Assembly: GCA_048884965.1 (NCBI GenBank)
Contig: JBHLQH010000002.1
Span: 98,239-162,238, forward strand
DNA: 64,000 bases
Direction: 5' to 3'
Source of the DNA: Candidatus Thorarchaeota archaeon
Lineage (GTDB): Archaea > Asgardarchaeota > Thorarchaeia > Thorarchaeales > Thorarchaeaceae
Shown here: positions 10,286 through 20,454 of the stretch, piece by piece
Layout: each line of letters opens with the position of its first letter
Position numbering within the stretch: position 1 is the stretch's first letter
Notes under the pieces: generated by a model
Told to the model about the DNA's origin: nothing
Databases searched by the model: none
Seen by the model: the letters and a program-made list of their open reading frames with translations, nothing else
Program-made: the position numbers and the translations under genes

Positions 10286-10867
10286 TTGGGAACAATCGAG
10301 GAGAATGAAATGGGGATGCTAGAGATAACCATAGGTCTAGGCATCACATTTCTTCTTTTTAGAATCTGGATTGTTGAGATTAAGCTTGTTCAGGAGTTAG
10401 ACTTCCGACGAAGATATTTCAGTCGCTTCTTCTCATACTATACTGCCATGGCACTTGCATGTGGCCTTCTGTTCTATCCATTCAATGTAATGGTAATGGT
10501 GGCTTTTCCAATCTTAGTCGTGACATCAATATGGGACATCAATTTCTATAGAAGATTCAATTCGCAAACTTATTGGGAAAAGAATAGACGTTGGCTTCTT
10601 GTGGAACGGATAACACTGCACCCCCCTGTAGTATTGGTTGCCATCTACATGATTCTATCTGGCGCAAGAAATTTCATTGAACCAACAAATCTCCTTTTGA
10701 TGGTTCTGATTGTTGGCATTCTGTTCATTCCATTCTTTCTTCTAGATGTCAGATGGACGAAGAGATACAAATGGCCTGAAGCTCTGATTGTGATTGGGCT
10801 TATGCTGGCTTCAAGTATTTCACTGGTTCTATCTATGTCGATCCTATGGGGTGTTCCGATTTGGTAA
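10286..10867 (+). CDS. Multi-TM membrane protein (hypothetical)
   Basis: About 6 hydrophobic segments; start may be ATG 10310 or 10316. Confidence 0.7.
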   Translation: MGTIEENEMGMLEITIGLGITFLLFRIWIVEIKLVQELDFRRRYFSRFFSYYTAMALACGLLFYPFNVMVMVAFPILVVTSIWDINFYRRFNSQTYWEKNRRWLLVERITLHPPVVLVAIYMILSGARNFIEPTNLLLMVLIVGILFIPFFLLDVRWTKRYKWPEALIVIGLMLASSISLVLSMSILWGVPIW

Positions 10868-10920
10868 TCGAGGATGCGACTTCTTTCAAGTCATTCTGCA
10901 GTTATGTCAAAGGATCACGC

Positions 10921-12171
10921 ATGCTCAAAGCAGGGCTTGCTTTCAGCCTGATGTCATACCTTGTAGTTCTGCTTTTCTTCTTCTACTACTTGTCGCAGGG
11001 GCTGCTAGATGACACTGTCTATACTGTAGACCTTCAGGTCTTCTATGATGCAGGATTGATGTTTCTCTCCTCACCAAGCGATATTTACAGTGTTGCACCA
11101 AATGACTTGCCCTTCAGATACTTCCCATCATTTGCTATGGGCATGGCTCTTTTCTCATTTATTCCGTTACATATGCTCTATGTAATCGCAATTTCTGCAA
11201 TGGTAGTGACCAATGTAGGCATCGTATTTCTTGTCTATCGAGTCAGCCGTCAATTAGGGGTGACAGCCGAAACAAAGAACTTTGAGAAGACGCTCGCAAT
11301 TGCTTTCATAACACCTCCACACATCATCAACCTCATCTTTGGTCAATTCACACATCTTGCCGTATTCCTAGTTCTATCAGTATTGTACCTGCTTCAACTG
11401 AAAGATAATGAAGCATATTCCAAGTTCTTCTTAATTGGCATTCTAATTGGAGTAGCAGCAACTCTCAAACCATTCTTTCTTGTACTTCTCCCATTTCTGG
11501 TTCCAATCACATTCTCTGAAAGATATCGTCCTCGTATCCCTCTTAGGCAGTTAGTCGGTGTTGGGATAGGATTCCTTGTTACCATGGTTCCAAACATTAT
11601 CTATTTCATGCTATATCCAAATTTAGTACAGGAATTCCTCGTAGTGAACTTTTCAGAAGGACTGCACTCACATCATAGTACAAGTGTCACCAAACTTATT
11701 GTGAATCTCGTTCCTCTCATCGATAATCTCCAATTTCTGTTGATACTAATGCTAGTCATTGGAGGCTACATATTCCTGAGAAGCATTATTGAATTCGTTA
11801 GAACTCCCACATACCAGAAGGACTATACTCATCATTTCACAGATATGATATTCTTGGTTCTCATTGTATATCCAGATTCTTGGTTCCTATATCTCGCTGT
11901 CTTATACGCATTCCTTGCTCCCTCTACTCTTCATCTTTACAGCAAAATGGCATCAAAAGAGAGTTCAGATAGTTCTCTAGATTTTCTTTGGTCAGGTTCA
12001 AACAACATACTTGCGTTCTTCTCATTCGGTATTGTGCTACACTACTTAGTTCTTGGATTTGATCCCATTAATCCAATTTGGATAGTGATCCTCTATATCT
12101 TGTATCAGAGAGTGTATTCAAAATTGAAAGAGCAAGAATCATCTTCTCTTATCGATGCGACTCGAATATAG
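10921..12171 (+). CDS. GT-C fold polyprenyl-phosphate-sugar glycosyltransferase (GT87/DUF2029-like)
   Basis: DLQVFYDAG, PFRYFPSFA, NLIFGQ, GVAATLKP motifs; about 11 TM. Confidence 0.75.
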   Translation: MLKAGLAFSLMSYLVVLLFFFYYLSQGLLDDTVYTVDLQVFYDAGLMFLSSPSDIYSVAPNDLPFRYFPSFAMGMALFSFIPLHMLYVIAISAMVVTNVGIVFLVYRVSRQLGVTAETKNFEKTLAIAFITPPHIINLIFGQFTHLAVFLVLSVLYLLQLKDNEAYSKFFLIGILIGVAATLKPFFLVLLPFLVPITFSERYRPRIPLRQLVGVGIGFLVTMVPNIIYFMLYPNLVQEFLVVNFSEGLHSHHSTSVTKLIVNLVPLIDNLQFLLILMLVIGGYIFLRSIIEFVRTPTYQKDYTHHFTDMIFLVLIVYPDSWFLYLAVLYAFLAPSTLHLYSKMASKESSDSSLDFLWSGSNNILAFFSFGIVLHYLVLGFDPINPIWIVILYILYQRVYSKLKEQESSSLIDATRI

Positions 12172-12214
12172 TCAAAACCGATATCGAAAGGCCTTAATCT
12201 TTCGTCTCTCAATT

Positions 12215-13108
12215 TTATCCAAGTGGATGTTCTGAAAGGTATAAAGAAACAATCCTGGCAATTATCTGAGCACCAGCTGAATTCAGGTGAATATGATCTA
12301 TATGGAGAGCCTGTCCCGCGGCATTCGCTATTGCGTCCCAATCCCTTCCAAAGGCGAAGTGACGCACCATCGCTAGAATCATCTGATTCATCGCGCTTCT
12401 GACAGGATATGTTGGACTTGAGGGATGCTCTTGAAGGTACTCAATCATTCGCTCATAGATGGGAAGACATTCTAGTCCCCTTTCAATAGCTAGGTCATGG
12501 ATGATGCGGGAATATGTCTTTGCAACTTCATTTGCCTCAGACCCTACATCTTCTCCAATTGGAGGAATCGAGAGCAAGATAACACGTGCAGAGGTTTCTG
12601 ATGCAAGCCTGTCGAGTACCTTGTTGAGGTTCTCTTTAAACCAATCAACTGAGGGTTTCCGGGGAAGAGATTTTCTTTTCTGTGCTATACGGATGTTGGC
12701 GATAGGAATATCCGCCATTGCATCATTCGTTCCGATGAGAACGAAGATAACATCAGGTTGACACGCGATGATAGCATCCATCCTCTGGAGAAGATTCCAA
12801 CAGAAGTCCCCGTTGATTCCGGCATTGATGTATCGATATCCGCTGAGTTGCTGCTCCTCACACAGGAGATTGAGATAACCAATCCCGATATTCCCATGAG
12901 TGAGGCTATCTCCAGCAAATAGAATCACTGGATTATCGTTTTCATCAACATCTGAACTTTGCAAGAAGGCAGAAGGATTAGAAGGAGGTAGCTTGTCGCC
13001 CTTGAAAAATGAGTACGCGATAAGTATAGGGATTATCGAGATTAATATAGAAACGCCAATGAACAACATCCAGAGCAGGTCCATAGAGAAGACCAAGGGC
13101 AAGAGCAC
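12215..13108 (-). CDS. SGNH/GDSL hydrolase with N-terminal TM
   Basis: FAGDSLTHG, NAGINGD, IGTND, DHIHLN blocks. Confidence 0.88.
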   Translation of the reverse strand: MLLPLVFSMDLLWMLFIGVSILISIIPILIAYSFFKGDKLPPSNPSAFLQSSDVDENDNPVILFAGDSLTHGNIGIGYLNLLCEEQQLSGYRYINAGINGDFCWNLLQRMDAIIACQPDVIFVLIGTNDAMADIPIANIRIAQKRKSLPRKPSVDWFKENLNKVLDRLASETSARVILLSIPPIGEDVGSEANEVAKTYSRIIHDLAIERGLECLPIYERMIEYLQEHPSSPTYPVRSAMNQMILAMVRHFAFGRDWDAIANAAGQALHIDHIHLNSAGAQIIARIVSLYLSEHPLG

Positions 13109-13145
13109 TTAAGAATAGAGGTCATATTCTGTCTTTGAGAGAGAA

Positions 13146-14384
13146 ATGAAGGGAATCTATTACGACCTTAAGATATACAAGGCGGCTCTGAAGAAAGTCG
13201 GATTGGCAAGAACATATTCAATGATCAAGTACAAGGAGGATTGGCTTGATCCTGAGATACGATATCCCCGACAAGTAAAAGTTCGATCCTTGATGAGTGG
13301 CATATGTGCATCAGACTTGCATCAGATAGAGGTCGATATTCCCTATGTTGCTACAATCCTAGCACAGAGGGAGAATCCATTCCCGATGGGACATGAGGTC
13401 GTAGGGATTGTGACCGAGGTTGGAGTTGAAGTCGAGAAGCTCAAGGTAGGGGATAAGGTTGTATTCTCACCAATCGCCAATTGTAAGGCATATGGTTTCG
13501 AGGAGTGTCCTAGTTGTAAAGAGGGGGACTACCAATCATGTCTTACGCTTGCAGGACTTGGGGATGGCTCCGAGCTCGAGGATGAGTATGGAGGTCAGAT
13601 GGCGTTCGGAGGCTTTGGGGGAGGAGGATTCAGTGAGCACTTCCTTGCATTTGAGGGACAACTTACCAAGGTAGATCCTAGTGTTCCCAATGATATTGCA
13701 GTTCTTGCTGAACCTTTCTCAGTTGCACTGCATGCGGTCTTGAAGAGAGTTCCCAGAGATGACGAGACAGCCATTGTTATTGGCGCAGGGATAATTGGTC
13801 TGATGATGATAGCTTCCATACGGGCCCTCGGATCCAAGTGCAAGATAATTACCATGGCGAGACATCCTGCTCAAGTAGAAGCTGCAAAGAGGCTTGGCTC
13901 AGATATCGTGATTATCGACCGATCTGAAGAAGGACTCTATGACAAGATTGCTGATTTGACAGACGGAGCGCTATTCAAGCCAGCGATAGGAAAGCGGGTA
14001 TTATTTGGTAATCGTGGACCTGATGTGATCTTTGATAGCGTAGGCTCAGGAGAAACAATAGATGATGCCCTTCATCTTGTACGAACTAATGGCACAATCG
14101 TCATCGTCGGTATGGCATTTGGAGGGATGAGCAAGATCGAATGGGCACTCCAAATCTACAAAGAGCTCGATGTTCTGGGTTCTATGATGCATGGAAGAGA
14201 AGTCCATGAAGGCAGGGAAATCGATACCTTTGATCTAGCCATAGATTTTCTAAAGGAGTATGGAGATACCTTCAAGGGACTAGTTACTCATAGGTTCCCA
14301 ATTTCAGAGTACAAGAACGCCTTTAGTGTAGCATCAAATAAGGGCAAACATGATGCAATCAAGGTGGTTTTCGACTATACATAA
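13146..14384 (+). CDS. Zn-dependent medium-chain alcohol dehydrogenase
   Basis: GICASD, GHEVVG, CPSC...C, GAGIIG. Confidence 0.9.
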   Translation: MKGIYYDLKIYKAALKKVGLARTYSMIKYKEDWLDPEIRYPRQVKVRSLMSGICASDLHQIEVDIPYVATILAQRENPFPMGHEVVGIVTEVGVEVEKLKVGDKVVFSPIANCKAYGFEECPSCKEGDYQSCLTLAGLGDGSELEDEYGGQMAFGGFGGGGFSEHFLAFEGQLTKVDPSVPNDIAVLAEPFSVALHAVLKRVPRDDETAIVIGAGIIGLMMIASIRALGSKCKIITMARHPAQVEAAKRLGSDIVIIDRSEEGLYDKIADLTDGALFKPAIGKRVLFGNRGPDVIFDSVGSGETIDDALHLVRTNGTIVIVGMAFGGMSKIEWALQIYKELDVLGSMMHGREVHEGREIDTFDLAIDFLKEYGDTFKGLVTHRFPISEYKNAFSVASNKGKHDAIKVVFDYT

Positions 14385-14566
14385 TCACTTCAAAAGCTCA
14401 ATATCCTCAAAGAGAACATACAATCTATGAACCTGAATTGTTGTTACACCATCTCAGCGATATGCCTGATCGTGAAATCAGCATCGTGATTCATACAGAG
14501 CTTGAAGAAGCTCTGACACTCCTTGCATTGATAGGACAGGCTATCCGTCAGAGAACGAAATAAGTA

Positions 14567-15436
14567 TTGGATTTTGCCATCCTCCTAGCGGTGAAGATGA
14601 GCTTCGATAGGAAAGCAGGCGCAGGAATAGTTGCATACTTAGCAATCTACTTCATCGCCTTAGCCCTTTTGACAATAGAGGTCTTTACGCTCTACGGAAC
14701 TATTGACCAATTCTTTATTCAGACACTTCTTGACAATCTAGCAGGTACTGACCCAATTAGGTATTGGCTTGTCCTCGCGATAGTACCAACCTTCTTCCTT
14801 TGGTTCTTCTTTGTAGCATTTTCAAAAGCCCCGCCAGAGGCAAGGAGTCAGTCAATCATGTGTATCTTCGTGCTTGCGATATTTTTGATAGTTGGCTTCT
14901 TTGCCATACTTGCCTTGATTTACATGGCAGTAGTGTTCATAGGAATCTATATGGGCGGAGTGGGTTCTGGTCTCGGAGGCTATGATGATGGAAAGAAAGG
15001 AAGGACGATAACAAAAATACTGCCACTCTTTGGAGTCGTCCTCGGTCTATTCATTGAGCTAAGCTTCTCAGGTATTTTTGATACGATCCTGCCGTTCCTA
15101 AGTACTTTGGAGATACCGATTCCATTGCCATCACAGGATGTTTCTCCGAATCCATCAGGATATGGATTAGGATACTATATCACCATCGTTTCAATCATGT
15201 ATAGCCTCTTCAAGACCCTACGCCATTCACTTGGATTAAGGTCAGACATCTTGGGTTCTGATTCGGGCAGTGGAGGTGCACTCGGTCTTGTCATGAATCC
15301 CTTATTCGTTGTTTTCTGGGTGCTTTCTACAGTATTATTATGGCCTCTACTCCCTTTTGTGTATCTCAATTGGGGATTTGCTCTGCTCTATATCATGGGA
15401 TGGATTACTGGACATAAAGGACTGACTGGAAGCTGA
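14567..15436 (+). CDS. Multi-TM membrane protein (hypothetical)
   Basis: About 7 TM helices; likely start ATG 14597. Confidence 0.7.
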   Translation: MDFAILLAVKMSFDRKAGAGIVAYLAIYFIALALLTIEVFTLYGTIDQFFIQTLLDNLAGTDPIRYWLVLAIVPTFFLWFFFVAFSKAPPEARSQSIMCIFVLAIFLIVGFFAILALIYMAVVFIGIYMGGVGSGLGGYDDGKKGRTITKILPLFGVVLGLFIELSFSGIFDTILPFLSTLEIPIPLPSQDVSPNPSGYGLGYYITIVSIMYSLFKTLRHSLGLRSDILGSDSGSGGALGLVMNPLFVVFWVLSTVLLWPLLPFVYLNWGFALLYIMGWITGHKGLTGS

Positions 15437-15438
15437 AA

Positions 15439-15918
15439 CTAAGAAAGGGATGCTCTCAGGATATCAGCGAGGGCCTCCCTACTATTTCTATACTCAGCAG
15501 CCGCTTTGAGATCCATGAAGTCATCAACGTCCGAGAGATTATCTTGGATGTCCAGCAGTTTTATCCGTCGAGCATCACTAGGACCGGAGAGTAGTTGCTC
15601 TTTGTATATTCGAGTTCTATCCGGAGTGCCTCTTGGAGGCTTACTAAGAGCTTTAACCATCGCACCAACTTGCTCTCCAAACTCTTCAATGATTACTGAC
15701 AGTGAAATATCAGTATCCTCTACGACGTCGTGCAACACAGAAGCAATCACTGCATCTGTCGGCATGCCCAAACTCAACGCGTGCAGGGCTATGCGAATGG
15801 GATGACTGACATAAGGAACCCCATCCCCTCGAAAGCTACCCTCATGAGCTTTGATTGCTAGTATGAAGGCATCTGATATTCGAGTGAGCTCGTCTTGGGT
15901 CAATTCACGCAGGCTCAT
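15439..15918 (-). CDS. Stand-alone RelA/SpoT-type HD hydrolase (Mesh1/SAH-like)
   Basis: AH.G..R..G.PY.SHP, LHDVVEDT, IKLLD..DNL. Confidence 0.82.
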   Translation of the reverse strand: MSLRELTQDELTRISDAFILAIKAHEGSFRGDGVPYVSHPIRIALHALSLGMPTDAVIASVLHDVVEDTDISLSVIIEEFGEQVGAMVKALSKPPRGTPDRTRIYKEQLLSGPSDARRIKLLDIQDNLSDVDDFMDLKAAAEYRNSREALADILRASLS

Positions 15919-15982
15919 GCTGTCATGAATGTCGTGCGAGAACTTAAGGGTAAGTGTGTATCTTCATTGTCTGATACGAAAG

Positions 15983-16786
15983 ATGAAACTTGTAGGTAAT
16001 GACCGACCATTAATTATGGCGCATAGAGGAGACTCAGCCACAACACCAGAGAACACTCTATTGAGCTTGAAGAGCGCTATTGAGGTAGGCGTGGATTTCA
16101 TCGAAACTGATGTCAGGCTCACAAAGGACGACATACCAATTCTGTTTCATGACGATAGCTTAGAGAGAACTACAGGTGAAAGTGGTACCATCAGAGAGAA
16201 GTCTTTCGATGAACTGAAGAGTATTGATCTTGGATACAATTTCACACCGGATGACGGAAAGAGCTATCCCTACCGAGGACAGGGTTTGACAGTCGTATCC
16301 CTCAAAGAGGCGTTCAAAGCTTTTCCAAAGACCTGGTTCAACCTGGACATCAAGGATGAGGATATAGATGCTCCGGAGATTCTTGCCTCTGTCATCAAGG
16401 AATGTGATAGAAAGCATAGAGTCATTGTGGGATCATTCCATGACACTCAGGCATACCGATTTCGAAAGATCATGCCAGAGGTCATTACAAGTGCTTGTCC
16501 TTCAGAGGTTACAAGATTCGTATTTGCGTTGAAGATGAGAGTTCTTCGTCTGTTCAGCAAAGGATGTCCATATGAGGTGTTCCAAGTCCCAATGAAATAT
16601 GGAAGAATCAGCGTAGTAGATGAGCGGTTCATCAAAGCCGCCCATGATCGGAACACTGCAGTGCATGTGTGGACTGTGAATGAAAGAGAACTGATGGAGT
16701 ATCTCATCAATCTTGGAGTCGATGGTATCTTCACAGACCGACCAGCCTTGCTGAAAGATGTTCTAGTTGAGAAAGGATTGGTCTAG
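15983..16786 (+). CDS. Glycerophosphodiester phosphodiesterase
   Basis: AHRGDS..PENT, IETDV..TKD, HD..L.RTT, WTVN, GVDGIFTDRP. Confidence 0.92.
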   Translation: MKLVGNDRPLIMAHRGDSATTPENTLLSLKSAIEVGVDFIETDVRLTKDDIPILFHDDSLERTTGESGTIREKSFDELKSIDLGYNFTPDDGKSYPYRGQGLTVVSLKEAFKAFPKTWFNLDIKDEDIDAPEILASVIKECDRKHRVIVGSFHDTQAYRFRKIMPEVITSACPSEVTRFVFALKMRVLRLFSKGCPYEVFQVPMKYGRISVVDERFIKAAHDRNTAVHVWTVNERELMEYLINLGVDGIFTDRPALLKDVLVEKGLV

Positions 16787-16918
16787 ATTCCAATTTTTTC
16801 AGGCAATTAGCTAAGCCGAAATAGCTTAATATGTTACTTTCGAGCATGCCTTTTTGTGAGCGTGTCCACTCATTAGGGCGGTACATGCCTACAAGTAGAC
16901 CAATGCGGTGTAAAAATC

Positions 16919-17056
16919 ATGACATGTCCAGAATATAACGCGGCCGAAAGCAAATGCGGTGTTGACGGATTCAAATTCTACGAGGGCATGAACAAGCCCT
17001 GTGAGGCCCCTGGCATCAATAAGGACAAGTGTCCTCGATTTGCAATGCAGGGATAG
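16919..17056 (+). CDS. 45-aa four-Cys microprotein (below the ORF-track cutoff)
   Basis: MTCPEYNAAESKCGVDGFKFYEGMNKPCEAPGINKDKCPRFAMQG; GGTG SD upstream, hairpin downstream. Confidence 0.65.
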   Translation: MTCPEYNAAESKCGVDGFKFYEGMNKPCEAPGINKDKCPRFAMQG

Positions 17057-17085
17057 AATTCTAAAACTAAGTGTTTGTGGTTTTT

Positions 17086-17110
17086 ATGGTGCAGCTTCGT
17101 GCTGCACCGT
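17086..17110 (+). terminator. Hairpin plus long T tract after the microprotein
   Basis: ATGGTGCAGC-ttcgt-GCTGCACCGT then gcttttctttttc. Confidence 0.65.
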
Positions 17111-17234
17111 AATCGCTTTTCTTTTTCGTATTTTCAATTCTTTTTCAATAATCTCCTCTTGAAACTAGGTTCCTTTAGCTTTGCAAAATGAAGCCGCAGA
17201 AGAAGAAAGAAACTGAAGAAGGCAGGAGAGTGTC

Positions 17235-17762
17235 CTACCTTCCAATATGCTTCTCTAGTAAGCCCTTTGTTACGACCTGAAATAGCTCCTCAACGCCGTC
17301 TCCGGACTTTGCGGACACTTCTACACAAGGAGCATTATACTTAGAGGCGAATTCTCGAGCTTCTTCCAGGGTGACACCAGAGCCTTCTTCACGCTCATCA
17401 ATCTTATTCCCTACAAATATAAGGTCACACTCAGGAGCGTTCTCCTTCAGACGCTCAATCCAATCATTCAAGCGCTCAAGGGTGAAGTATCGTGTGGCGT
17501 CGTAGACCGCTAGTGCGATTCGTGATCCTCTGAAATACTCTGATACGACATCACGGAATCGAGGTTGACCTCCTAGGTCCCAAAGCATGAGAGTAGCACC
17601 CACTCCTTCTACCTCGACCTTCTTGGTAGCTAGGTTAACACCAATTGTGATCTTCATATCCTCATCGAATCGGTTTTCTGTATATCGTAAAGTGATGCTG
17701 GTCTTCCCAACACCGCCTTCACCTATGAGCACGGTCTTGAATACAGGAGGTCTTGACGACAT
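17235..17762 (-). CDS. Rab/Ras-like small GTPase
   Basis: G1 GEGGVGKTS, G2 TIG, G3 WDLGGQ, G4 NKID, G5 SAK; no CAAX tail. Confidence 0.93.
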   Translation of the reverse strand: MSSRPPVFKTVLIGEGGVGKTSITLRYTENRFDEDMKITIGVNLATKKVEVEGVGATLMLWDLGGQPRFRDVVSEYFRGSRIALAVYDATRYFTLERLNDWIERLKENAPECDLIFVGNKIDEREEGSGVTLEEAREFASKYNAPCVEVSAKSGDGVEELFQVVTKGLLEKHIGR

Positions 17763-17773
17763 TCATTTCACCT

Positions 17774-19132
17774 CTATGCAGTGCCGAGGTATCGATCAGC
17801 CCTGCCTGTCACACCCAGCCACCAGATACAGAAGGCTAAGAACAGTGGAATCGCGCTCTCAATACGTGAGGTCTCGCCACTGTATGAACCCAGTATCAGG
17901 AAGATGATACCTAGTCCTAAGAACGTAGGTCGTAGATATCCCTTTCCCCCAGCTTTCCTAATTCTGTAGCCGAGTCGGAGGTAGAGAATCAAGGGGATAA
18001 TGGTCTGGGTAAAGAGCGTCAATCCCATAACCATGCCTCGACCAGGTGTGAAATCGGGATTCTGTGGATAGAAGAGCCAAGTATAGACAAAGGCTGGCAA
18101 GCCAATGATGACTGGAGCAAGTGCCCAGCTCTTCCAATCGAGAGCAAGGAAAGATCCTATGTTGAGAAGCATCATTGTGAGCATACCTATTGATAGATAG
18201 ATGTAAACGAAGGTGAAATTGCCAATATTCGCAATCTCATCGATGGTTGGCAATAGAAAGCCAAAGGCAGCAAAGACGAAGAAGACAGATAATAGGAGAG
18301 TAGCTCGGTTCCTACTTTTAGTGAATCGTCCATAGGTGTATGCAGCAGTACCTAGACCAATCGCAGTACCCACCGCGATGAGGGTCAAAGCCACGAGAGT
18401 GAGAGAGACGACAGGAGCCCCTGTACTTACAAGATAGGACACCCATAATGCCATCGTGGCGAATGACGCGCCATATCCCCAGAACTCTCCAGATATTCCA
18501 ATCTCAGGCATGGCGAATGCAATCAATAATAGTGCAGGAGCATACATCCTAATAGCAATCAAGAGGAGTGTCAGTAGATAATTGGCCTCAAAGACAAGAA
18601 AGAGGGGGTATAATGGATAGATGATCAGCACGACTGCAAATGAAAGACTGGTAACCCTTCGGGTCGTATAAGTGAGATATAGAAATAGTCCTGCGGGAAT
18701 AAAATAGAGGACCTCAATCATTATTCCAGGGATTGCATAGAGCAAGAATTCTGGAAGACCAAAATAGAGGACCCCAATAGTAGCAGCTAATCCGATTATA
18801 AAAAGAACGCCAGGTATCACATTTAGCTTAGTCCTACCAAGAATCATCAGAGCAGCAATACAAAGTAGGAACGCACCGAACATCGCTGTTGCATAGTATG
18901 CCGCCAAGACCTCTATTGCATCAGTTATGGTCAAGTTCACATGAAGAAGCAGAGAAGCAATTCCAAGGAAGAATATGCCTATTGAGGAAACATATAGAGG
19001 TCGTCCTGCTCCTCTTTCCTCGTCAGGTAGTTGCGCAACTCGATTCCTAGTGTAGTTGACCAGCACAAATGTGGCTGCGATCAGCACTAGTCCTAGAAAG
19101 CCTTCAGATATCCAATATATCGGTACTTGCAT
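17774..19132 (-). CDS. Polytopic (~14 TM) membrane protein
   Basis: Continuous hydrophobic helices; GGGGTG SD before ATG 19132. Confidence 0.8.
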   Translation of the reverse strand: MQVPIYWISEGFLGLVLIAATFVLVNYTRNRVAQLPDEERGAGRPLYVSSIGIFFLGIASLLLHVNLTITDAIEVLAAYYATAMFGAFLLCIAALMILGRTKLNVIPGVLFIIGLAATIGVLYFGLPEFLLYAIPGIMIEVLYFIPAGLFLYLTYTTRRVTSLSFAVVLIIYPLYPLFLVFEANYLLTLLLIAIRMYAPALLLIAFAMPEIGISGEFWGYGASFATMALWVSYLVSTGAPVVSLTLVALTLIAVGTAIGLGTAAYTYGRFTKSRNRATLLLSVFFVFAAFGFLLPTIDEIANIGNFTFVYIYLSIGMLTMMLLNIGSFLALDWKSWALAPVIIGLPAFVYTWLFYPQNPDFTPGRGMVMGLTLFTQTIIPLILYLRLGYRIRKAGGKGYLRPTFLGLGIIFLILGSYSGETSRIESAIPLFLAFCIWWLGVTGRADRYLGTA

Positions 19133-19143
19133 TATTAACACCC

Positions 19144-19533
19144 CTATAACATCTTTGACGCCCAATCAGTAGCAGTCCCTGTTTTCCCATCCGCCTTATC
19201 AGCAGCTTTCTTCAAAGACTCGATAACATCATCTGTGATGATTTCCATGCCCAAATCCGCCAGAATGTCCCGAAGCATGGTGTTTGAGTTGAGGGAGTTC
19301 TTGTCTTCAGAGTCATGTATAGTAACTAGGAATAGCTTTGTTGTGTCTGAAATCACCAATCGATATTCATCTAGTGAGAGCTCCTTCACATTTTTTCCGG
19401 AGATCTTTTGGCTATACATCTGGATAGCTGATAGAAATCCTCCAAAGAGGCTCTCATCCATCTCAAACTTCCCTCTATTAATGGCAGCGAGTGTTTCTCC
19501 GCTTCGATTGATGACATAGATACTGTGAATCAT
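19144..19533 (-). CDS. Longin-fold protein
   Basis: MIHSIYVINRSGETL...LFGGFLSAIQMYS pattern typical of longin/sigma-adaptin-like folds. Confidence 0.75.
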   Translation of the reverse strand: MIHSIYVINRSGETLAAINRGKFEMDESLFGGFLSAIQMYSQKISGKNVKELSLDEYRLVISDTTKLFLVTIHDSEDKNSLNSNTMLRDILADLGMEIITDDVIESLKKAADKADGKTGTATDWASKML

Positions 19534-19549
19534 TAATTAATGCACTTTC

Positions 19550-19810
19550 CTAAAAATCACTCATCCATTTTTGGGCTTTGTCGACAGAGCTTTCAGTATT
19601 ATCCTGTACAACAGCACTTGCTGCCTCGATATCTCGAATCGTGAGGTTCCTATCCACGAAGAGAATGCACGAATGTCCTTGAGAGCATTTGGCAGTGACA
19701 AGAACTGGGACTCGTGAGGCGTTCACAATAGAATCCTCATCTACTTTAACATTCTCAACTAGTGCGCCACATTTAGGGCAGGGCACTGATTTCAAAGTAG
19801 TCAAAGTCAT
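19550..19810 (-). CDS. Small Zn-binding protein (CxxC...CxxxH)
   Basis: CPKCG ... KCSQGHSCILFVDRN; likely start ATG 19810. Confidence 0.7.
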   Translation of the reverse strand: MTLTTLKSVPCPKCGALVENVKVDEDSIVNASRVPVLVTAKCSQGHSCILFVDRNLTIRDIEAASAVVQDNTESSVDKAQKWMSDF

Positions 19811-20066
19811 TTTCGCCACCACATCATGCTGTCTGGAAGAATACTGAAAGAGTGCTTCCATTAAACAATCTAATTGTTAGTAATATATATATTAAGATTC
19901 TCATAACAGACTGTCTATACGATTGTAGGTATCGCAATAGCATTTTGTATTAGTTTGTGGTTTTCGCAATAGTAGAGAGGCTTCGAAATGGCCCCGAAGC
20001 TATCTAAAACTATGGAGTCGAGTTGGGAGTAAGAGTTATCTAGAGTGAGTATCAGGTGCGAACTAG

Positions 20067-20345
20067 TTGGTGCAAGGATTGGTAAAGGCATATGTTCTGA
20101 TAAAGACAGAAAGCGGGAAAGAGGATAGTGTTCTGCGTCATCTCTTAGAACTCTCCTTCACTGAAGAGGCTCACAAAGTGTTTGGACCTTTTGATATAAT
20201 CGCAGAGGTCAGAGGAAGAGATATGGAAACACTTGTAGAGATCATTACCCAGAAGATTAGAATCATTCCAGGTACGACTGACACTCAGTCATTGATGGCT
20301 ATTGATATAGAGATTGATATGACTTCTACAAGTCTGGCAAACTAA
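20067..20345 (+). CDS. Lrp/AsnC ligand-binding-domain protein
   Basis: KAYVLIKTESG, VFGPFDIIAEV, KIRIIPG..DT.S. Confidence 0.85.
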   Translation: MVQGLVKAYVLIKTESGKEDSVLRHLLELSFTEEAHKVFGPFDIIAEVRGRDMETLVEIITQKIRIIPGTTDTQSLMAIDIEIDMTSTSLAN

Positions 20346-20454
20346 TACTGTTAGATCACCTCTTACTCTCAGCTGATATTGTGCTAGATTCTTTTAGTTC
20401 ATCTAAAATTTAGTTAAAAAGGAGTGATAGATAGACAGACTGGGACCATAATTA

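Noticed and set aside
16842-16890. Structured leader upstream of the Cys microprotein
   Set aside because: Only short, G-U-rich stems; not distinguishable from chance by eye
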